64,000 nucleotides of DNA from positions 159,990-223,989 of the forward strand of contig WELB01000026.1 in NCBI GenBank assembly GCA_009602725.1. The letters run 5' to 3'. Shown in pieces: positions 56,229 to 64,000 of the stretch. Position 1 is the first letter of the stretch; each line of letters begins with the position of its first letter. A model generated the notes under the pieces. It ran no database searches. It saw nothing but the letters and a program-made list of their open reading frames with translations, and was not told the origin of the DNA. Origin of the DNA: Spirogloea muscicola (Eukaryota). Both the position numbers and the translations under genes were made by a program.

Positions 56229-57575
56229 CTTTTTACTAAGTGCTTACTCGTCATTACCAAGCGGGTCAGCTTAGCAGCAGGTGATGTACATCTGTCAATG
56301 TGCTTTGTATTTGGCCACTCAGGCCCTCCATCACTCAATACACACCACTCTGGACGAGCTTACTTTCCTGGCAGTCCAGGCCGTCAGCCCACGTGCGGTG
56401 CGCATAAAATGTGAGGGGGCCAAAGCAAGCCAGTACACCGTGTAAGAAGAAAGGCAAAGTGAAGGAAGTCCCACGCTCGGATGGGCTACCACCCGCCTTT
56501 CTGGCAATGGTGCCGAGTCGTCGCATGGGATTTCCCCATATCTCTGTCCTTTCACTCTTTGGTCTTGCAGATTCGTTTGGGCTGGCCTCACAGCCATCCC
56601 CTTACATTGGAAGCTGTTTCTTTCGCTGCTCTTACTTGCGGCTGCTGACCAGGGGTTGTTGAGCACCTATCTGTTGTAGCCAATTGCGTAGGTGCTTTCG
56701 ACGCTTCAGCGCTTTCCGACTCCTCTGCACCTTGTCCATGTTTCATCGGGGCTGGCCTCGAAGAGCCCTTGCCTTGCACCTGCGTGCTGGCCGTGCTCTC
56801 GCTGCAGCCTCTGGCTTTCGTCAAGGGGATTGCTTTCCGGCTGCTAGTCTTTTGGATCTGCGGCTCCTCACTCGTGGTTATTGAGTGATTTATCCTACCC
56901 CAGTTCTGAGACGGCGCTTTTGGCCCCTTCAAATCCTGTCAAATTGGGCTGGCTTTTCACAGCCCATGCCTCCTTTGAGAGAGCCACTCCCTCTTTATGG
57001 AAGCTGCCATCCTTGGTGGTCTCTTGCTTTCCTGAGTAGAATACACCTTCTGACTCCTGTGGACTTTGTTCATCCTATTGAGGCTGGCCTCTACTGCTGT
57101 TGTCAACCAGCATTGTCTACCAGCCTTTGCCCCAGATTGACAGCAGTGGCTGTGTGGCCAGCCGAAAGAAAGAAGTGGCTCTCCCAATGGGCTTTGCTAG
57201 CCCCTCGTCTCTCCCCTCGTCTCGGGCGATCAATTTCTTCTTCAATAAGGGCAAGGGCTGTGAAAGAACGAACGGCGCGCCCTGAGAGAAGAGAGCGAAG
57301 GGCTCGCCCATTGAGGATAGGGGCTGGAAAAGCCAGCCCAAAAACGAATGAACAAAGTACGAGAAGGGGGCCAGGGGAAGCGCTAGGAAAAACAAGCACA
57401 ACAAGAAACAAAGCAGCTACGTATTACTCAGTAACCCCTGCTAAGCAGCCTCAGGTCAGAGAAGCTAGTCTCCTGGAAGTGGGTCCCTTGGCCAGAGCCG
57501 AAGAGGGGCTAGCAAAGCTAGGACAATGGAAAGAGGAGAAGTGGCTCTCCCAATGGGGGCAAGGCCTGTGAAAAG

Positions 57576-58444
57576 AAGAAGAAAGGGCTCGCCCATTGAG
57601 GATAGGGGCTGGAAAAGCCAGCCCAAAGAAGAAGGAACATAGTACGGGAAGGGGGCCAGGGGAAGCGCTAAGAAAAACAAGCACTACAAGAAACAAAGCA
57701 GCTACGTGTTACTCAGTAACCCCTGCTAAGCAGCCTCAGGTCAGAGAAGCTAGGCTCCTGGATGTGGGTCCCCTAGCCAGAGCCAGAGGCAGCAGCGAGG
57801 GCTCTGCCGGCACGCAGGTGCAGCGCGCGGGCCATAGACCTCTGCAGCGAGACGGCCAAGCACATCCGGTACACCTGCGCAAGCGATCCGGTTGCAGGAA
57901 AGTCCACTGGCTCCCCATGGAAGTGGCGGACGATCGCGTGGCGGGTGAGCTGGTTGAGCAGCTCGAGCCACCGAGCGCCCAACGCCCCATGCGTGTCGAT
58001 AGCCAGCGGGAAAAATTCGTCTTCCTGCGGATGATCAGCATATTTGAGCTCTTTAGCTCGAGCGGCGCAGGCGACCACATACCCAGCCTTGATGGCACAT
58101 TGGGCTGGGTGTGAGCGGGCGTTTGCGTCTGTGGTCACCACGTCCAGCATAAGACGTGGCCCGCCGGCTTGTGGGGTGGCCACAAGGTCTACGCGACGTG
58201 CGTGGATACCGTCGGCCCTTTGCTGGAGCGGCGTGACGGCGGAGTTCTCCGCTGACACCAAGAAGCCAGCCTCCACCAGGATGCCATGGATCGCATCCCG
58301 GAGGCGGTCGTGGGCCGCTGTCCGCTCTCCGCCGTGGGAACAGCGCAGAACATGAGCGGCCGGCTCCCCAGGCTCGGCCCCTCGCTCGCCACATTCGCAC
58401 TGACGCACACCCTGGAGGCATGGCGGCGGCAGGCCCAGGAGCCG
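57576..58444 (-). mobile_element. 5'-truncated family A copy with a 6-bp TSD
   Basis: Similar to 9460-10327; GAAAAG at 57570-57575 and 58445-58450. Confidence 0.88.
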
Positions 58445-60195
58445 GAAAAGCCAGCCCCGAAGGAATGGACGAAGTCGGAGAGAGCCGGATGGCGCAGAAA
58501 GCAGGATACTAGTCTTTCAGACGTCAACAAGTGGGCTCTCAGAAGAAGTGGCTATCCCACTTGGGGGCAAGGGCTGTGAAAAGCCAGCCCGAAAAGTATT
58601 GACAGAGGGTCGAAGGGGCCACAATGACGGATGTCAGAAGAGGGGAGAAGAAGTGCACGCGCCCATAGAGAAGAGGGGCTGGCAAAGCCAGCCCAAAAAA
58701 AAATAAAATAAAGATAAAGATAAAGAGAAAAAAAGAAAAAAAGAAGTGCGCGCCCATAGAGAAGAGGGGCTGGCAAAGCCAGCCCAAAAAAGAGTGGACA
58801 GTGTCCAAAGCCAAAGAAAGGGGAGCCGGAAAAAGGACTACACTACAAAACACTGCAGAACACAGAGACGATGCAGAGGGAAGCTCAGTACCCACGAGTG
58901 AGCAACATCAAGTCTGAGTAGCTCGCTGCAGGGAAAGAAGAAGTTCGCGCCCATAGAGAAGAGGGGCTGGCAAAGCCAGCTCAAAAAAGAATGGACAGTG
59001 TCCAAAGCCAAAGAAAGAGGAGCCGGAAAAAGGACTACACTACAAAACACTGCAGAACACAGAGACGATGCAGAGGGAAGCTCAGTACCCACGAGTGAGC
59101 AACATCAGGTCTGAGTAGCTCGCTGCAGGGAAAGAGGCACTCCGCCGAAACCCAAAGGCGGCGGCCATAGCACTGCCTGCTCGCGTGTGGAGGGCGTGGG
59201 CAAGGGAGCGTTGAAGCGATACGGCCAGGCGCATGCGGATGACTTGTGGGAGCGAACGGGCGGCGTTGAAGCCGGGCATCGCCCCTGGCAGACCCGGCCG
59301 CCGGTCAATGGCCTGGCGGTCATGCCGCTGAAGGAGATCCAGCCAGCAGTTGCCGAAAGCCCCGTGTACATCCATCGCCAGGGCCGCGAATTCATCCCAT
59401 CCCTTCTCTTTTCCTTAGAGAAGCGCAGCCTGATCTCTTCCGTGTGCATCCTCCGCTGCTTCGCTCGTAGTCTGGCCCCTTCGAACCTTGTCCATTCTAT
59501 TCGGGCTGGCTTCTCACAGCCCTTGCCCCACTTCTTCATCCTCCCCCGTTCTGACATAGAAGAAGAAGAAGTGGCTCTCCCAATAGGGGCAAGGGCTGTG
59601 AGAAGCCAGCCCGAAAAGAATTGACAAGGTTCGAAGGGGCCAAACTACGAGCTAAGCAGCGACTGCGGGGCCTGAAGAGGCTATGGCAGAATTCATCCTC
59701 CCCCGTTCTGACATAGCCTCTTCAGGCCCCTAAGTAGCTGCTTAGCGCTTTTTAAGCGCCTCCATCATTTGGCCCCTTCGAACCTTTGTCAATTCTTCTT
59801 CGGGCTGGCTTTTCACAGCCCTTGCCCCCATTTCTTTTTTTTGTTCTTTTTCCAGGCCCCTTCTTTCCGAGGTAGAGCCCACTTGGCCTCGGGGAAGAAC
59901 TCGTCTGCCTCCGCGCAAGCGCATGAAATGAAAGCGTAGCCAATGTATGCCAATATTCTGTTCAGACAAAAAACTGCAGGGGTTTGGTGTCGCTTCGTCG
60001 ACGTTCAACAAGAAAGCCCAAAGACATAATCGAATGGTGGCCGCAAGCCGAGAAGCCCCATTCAAATCCCAATCCCCCGCCTCCCACACTGCCTCCTCCC
60101 CACCGGCTCCCACCAGCAACCCCAGAGCACAAGCCCGAGAGCGCGCCGCGGCGGAGATCGCGGCGGCCCCCGCGGCGCGCGGTGCGGCGGGCGCC

Positions 60196-61611
60196 ATGGG
60201 CGCCGTGGCCTTCCTCGGCCGCGTCTTCTTCGCCGCCATCTTCGTCCTGGCCGCCTGGCAAAAGTGCGGGCCCCAGAGCCGCACTGCCGACGCCGCGCTG
60301 CTGCGCCGCCGCGCAGTCCCAGCTGCCGGCGCTGTCGAGACGGCCCTTTACTTGGGTTCTGACTTCCTGCTCTCGCAAAGGTCAATCGGAAGTCGCTGAA
60401 TCTTGTGTCCCTGGGGCGTCGGTAGGACTGTGGACTTTGGCAGCGATGGGGGACCGGCGCTCAAGGGCATGGAGCCGAAGCTGGAGGCGTTCAGGGGCCA
60501 CATCACCCGCCTGCTCAACGTCCAAGTCCCCGAAGTGGACGTAGGCTCCACACCGTTAGGCGCACCACGTGATCCTAGGCGGTTGTGCCAGTAGCATGCA
60601 GACTGAAGTCATTGCCTGCTTGAAGGGTCTGGAACTGTCATGCAAGCCCTGTCGTACAATGACGATCGACGATTCGAAGGATGCGGAGCTCCTGCAGACA
60701 CGAACATTGCTTCACCTCCCTTGACGGCCTCTAGACGGACAAAGTTGCTCATACTTCTCACTCGGACTTCCATTTGATGACTTGCCCACCAAGTGTCGAC
60801 CATCACGACCATCTTGTAGAGGTCCGTCTCAAGTGGACTAAGTATGTGCGTGCTTGTTTACAGCCCAAGTTGCTGCTGATCACTGCCGTCGTCCTGGAGG
60901 GACTGGGAGGGATCCTCTTCACACTTGGGAGCAACCTCGGGGCTCTCCTTCTGGTCAAGCACCTCCCCTAGCTCACCCCACCTTGAGCCCCCTTTACCTT
61001 TGCCTTTGCTTATATGCTCTTGAATGTCAAGGTCGGATCCTGCGAAGTAGGTCACGCTGTGCATGAGGAAGATTTGCAGAGTATGCTCCTCGCCTGTGGA
61101 TTCTGTACCCTGCCACTTAACATCTCAGAGTGTGTCATTTAGAGGAATCTGGTATTGGCGGACTAGTGGCAGTACAGAGTCTGACCCGTCCTCCATTTTG
61201 CTTCTTCTAATGTATGCTCTGAGATTCTCCTTGTGGCTACTGCAGCTGCTCTTCCTTGTCGCCGTTACTCCCATCATGCACGACTTCTACAACTTCGAAC
61301 CAACCAGCCAGGAGTTTACTCAGGAGTTCATCCAATTTCTGAAGGTACTTTATAATTGGAGCAGTATAAGGACTTCACTTGAAATCCTGCAGGGATGTAC
61401 GTTCCTTCTGTATAATACGTACAAATCCGCTTGACATAAAAGAATGAGGGTGTAGTGGTGCCTCACTAGCATAACCCCCTTTATCAATTGATGTCCTTGT
61501 TGACAGAATCTGTCCCTGTTTGGCGCTCTTCTCTTCTACCTCGGCCTGCGCAACTCAGCTGCCAGATCACTTGCTCGAAGAAAGGCTGGAGTCAAGACGA
61601 AGATGACTTGA
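60196..61611 (+). CDS. HR-like lesion-inducing protein (DoxX/SURF4-like membrane protein); multi-exon
   Basis: MGAVAFLGRVFFAAIFVLAAWQK, DFGSDGGPALK, LEGLGGILF, VTPIMHDFYN, EFIQFLK|NLSLFGALLFYLG. Confidence 0.88.
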
Positions 61612-62151
61612 TGGGCCAGAGAGAGATCTTACAGGCTTAGCGTGCCTGTGTTAATGGCTAAACTTGTTTGCTAGTATGCAGATGGATCAGAAGCCGCATC
61701 AATTCTGGCTCCTGTTACGCAGCAGCGGGGTCAGCGAGTGGGAGGGTGCCTGTATTCAGTGCGTATCACGTGCAATATCCTCGTGGTCAAGCTGCAGGGG
61801 TCTGAAACGAACCCGCGGCCTGCTTCTTCTGGGTCCTAACCTTGGAGCCTTTTTCCACATAACAGCAGGTGTCAGCTATCATGTTGCAGTGTGTTATGCC
61901 AATGCTCCTGACAGAGCTTGTCAGCTTAGGGTGCCTGTCCTCCCAGATCGCTTTCTGCTTCTTCGGTCTGCGCTTGCGTACTTCGTCTTGCTCCTACAAG
62001 TGCCTATGAAGTCTACAGTGCACGCCAACTCCAGCAGAGAGCATCCTTGGAGAACATTTCACTTGTTCATTTGCTAGAAGAATAATCAGTGGCTCCTGAC
62101 TTGTGATAATCAAAGACTGGAAAATTTGCTGTAGCATTTGGTCAATGCTCA

Positions 62152-62746
62152 CTAGGGGTCGAACGCCTCAGGTGGGGGTGGCACCAGGTTGATGCCGCGA
62201 GTGTCGAGGAGCTGCACTAGCACCAGGTACGCAACACCAAGCAGCACAGCAATGACGCCGGTCACGATCGCCGTGGCCTGCCCCTTCTCGTCCTTGGCTG
62301 CAACGCCTGGCGAGACTCGAGGAGCGACCAGTCAGTCACAATACCGATACTCACAACCTGCACATCCGCTGAGGCTAAATTGGCTTTGCTTATGCCAACG
62401 GCCTTCCTGCAGGTTTTATACAGTGGGCGAGACGGCACCCACGCTTGCTGCTCGTGCTGCCGGTCGCCGGCTGAGCCGAGGGCGGCAGCGACGGCGGCGA
62501 CGGCGACGGCGGCGGCGGAGGCTCGTCTGCAGCTGCCCTCGCCACGGGTCTGGCGTTCCCGTCCGGCGCTCTGGTCGCTGCAGCACCCCGTGGCAGCCTA
62601 GACGACGGCCAGGGCGAGCCGCGTGTTGGCACACGGCTATGGCGCGCGGCGGGCCTGGCCCTCACCGTCGCCGGCGAGCGGCCGCGCCGCGGCGGCGCAC
62701 CTTGCGGGCTCACCGAGGCGCCAGCGGAGTGAGCGAGGCTGGCCAT
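62152..62746 (-). CDS. Small single-TM protein, probably plastid-targeted, resembling small cyanobacterial hypothetical proteins
   Basis: Last exon after CAG reads VAAKDEKGQATAIVTGVIAVLLGVAYLVLVQLLDTRGINLVPPPPEAFDP*; upstream exons are Ala/Arg/Ser-rich; start tentative. Confidence 0.6.
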
Positions 62747-62843
62747 TCTCATCATCACGTTCACGGTTCGATTCGTGCAAACCCCATGGCGAGAGTCCTC
62801 TTGCCGCAAGACCCCTAGCCTTAGACCCTCCGGCTCTGCGCCG

Positions 62844-63027
62844 GCTGCCAGCGCCGCGCCGCGCGCTCGGCGGCGGCGGCGGCGGCGGCGCCTCTCACGG
62901 CAAGCGATGCCTGCTCGAGCGGCAGCCCTTGCGAGCTCGCGCTCCACACCGGCAGCTTGAGCTCCGCCGGGGCAGTGGCTGCGGCGCGAGCTTGCTTGCG
63001 GTTGGGCNGCTGCCAGCGCCGCGCGCT

Positions 63028-63059
<32 letters not shown>

Positions 63060-63159
63060 TCTTTCGCGCCTGCTCGAGCGGCAGCCCTCGCGAGCTCGCG
63101 CGGCAAACCGGCAGCTTGAGCTCCGCCGGGGCGGCGGCGGCGGCGCGAGCTTGCTTGCT
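62844..63159. repeat. Two imperfect tandem copies of a ~160-bp GC-rich unit in a divergent promoter
   Basis: GCTGCCAGCGCCGCGC..(GGC)n..GCCTGCTCGAGCGGCAGCCCT..GAGCTTGCTTGC at 62844-63000 and 63009-63159, with one N between them. Confidence 0.75.
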
Positions 63160-63348
63160 ATTGGGCGGCCTTCTTGGCCGCGGCTGCTGCGGCAGCTGGC
63201 CACTATCGTTCCTTGGCGCCTCCGCGGCCGTCAGCGGCCGCGTGATTGGGGAAGCTCTTCAATGGCTCCCTTGCGCTCCGCCGAGTCCGCATCTCCCTCG
63301 TTGCCCACCTTAACGGAGCCCAGGTGACGCGCCTCGGCGCCTCTGCGC

Positions 63349-64000
63349 ATGGAGTTCTGCCCGACGTGCGGGAACATACTCCTCGTGGAGCACGCAGCGG
63401 GCCAGGGCGTGCGATTCTTCTGCCAGACGTGCCCCTTCATCTACAACATCGACAGGAAGGTGAGCAATGTAAAACTGCGCTGCCATGCGCAAGCATGCCA
63501 ATGGAGCCTGCCTCGAGCTTAGGCCTTTCGGTGCTTCTAGCCCCAACTCTTGGAGCATCTGAGCTGCACTTCAGCCCTGTTTTGATGTGATCATTGCTAA
63601 TCTAGACCACTGCATCCACACTGCGTTCGCCTCCGTTTGGCATATTGTTGATACTCATCCAAAGCCAGAGATCTGCCCACGTTGCCCACCCTGCAGCTGA
63701 GCAAGCGCCTGCAGTTAGTCAAGAAGGAGGTGGATGATGTCCTTGGCGGAGAAGAGGCCTGGAAGAACGTGGACCGCATCGAAGGTGCGACCTTCACTGA
63801 CCTGCTGCATGAGGCCCCAAGCTCAGGCTTGACTGGTGCAATATTTTGCCTTTTCGACTCGCGACGGAGCTCAGTGTGTGTGAAAGAATTAGATCTGGCA
63901 CTTACCATGCTAACCCCATGCTGTATGGTGACTTCGTGCAGTGACCTGTGAGAAATGCCAAAGTTCGGAGGCCTTCTTCATGCAAGTCCAAACTAGGTCT
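63349..64000 (+). CDS. RPC10: RNA polymerase III subunit RPC10/C11 (TFIIS-like); runs off the window
   Basis: MEFCPTCGNILL..FFCQTCPFIY, KEVDDVLGGEEAWKNVD, TCEKC..AFFMQVQTRS. Confidence 0.92.

Larger units (their letters stand above)
55890..59965. mobile_element. Cluster 5 of nested CRE-like fragments between divergent genes
   Basis: Family A copy 57576-58444, tandem family B ends 58740-59390, family C tails 59455-59830, H-like tail near 59920. Confidence 0.88.

Overview
Eukaryotic, intron-rich, GC-rich nuclear DNA. Gene content (CYP97C, plastid glyoxalase I, SHAQKYF-type MYB, plant dNK, HR-lesion protein, cyanobacterial-type small plastid protein) suggests a green plant, probably a streptophyte alga (inference). 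About 13 spliced host genes are compactly arranged. Between them lie five dense clusters (about 8.9-12.2, 13.7-26.9, 31.4-34.8, 48.4-50.2 and 55.9-60.0 kb) made of at least 7 distinct families of CRE-like non-LTR retrotransposons (zinc finger, RT, restriction-like endonuclease). The families share a C-terminal peptide S-D-L-x-x-L-[TS]-R-[GN]-[YN]-stop, and most share a structured 3' UTR ending in TTC-rich sequence. They insert into one another at TT(T)C sites with visible target-site duplications of 5-25 bp. Many copies are extremely 5'-truncated (down to 20 bp), and every cluster sits immediately upstream of a host gene 5' end. Convergent 3' intergenic regions and introns appear free of them. 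This promoter-proximal, self-nesting retroelement community is the most notable system in the window. Family letters A-I are my own labels. Coordinates of spliced genes and element borders were read by eye and are approximate.
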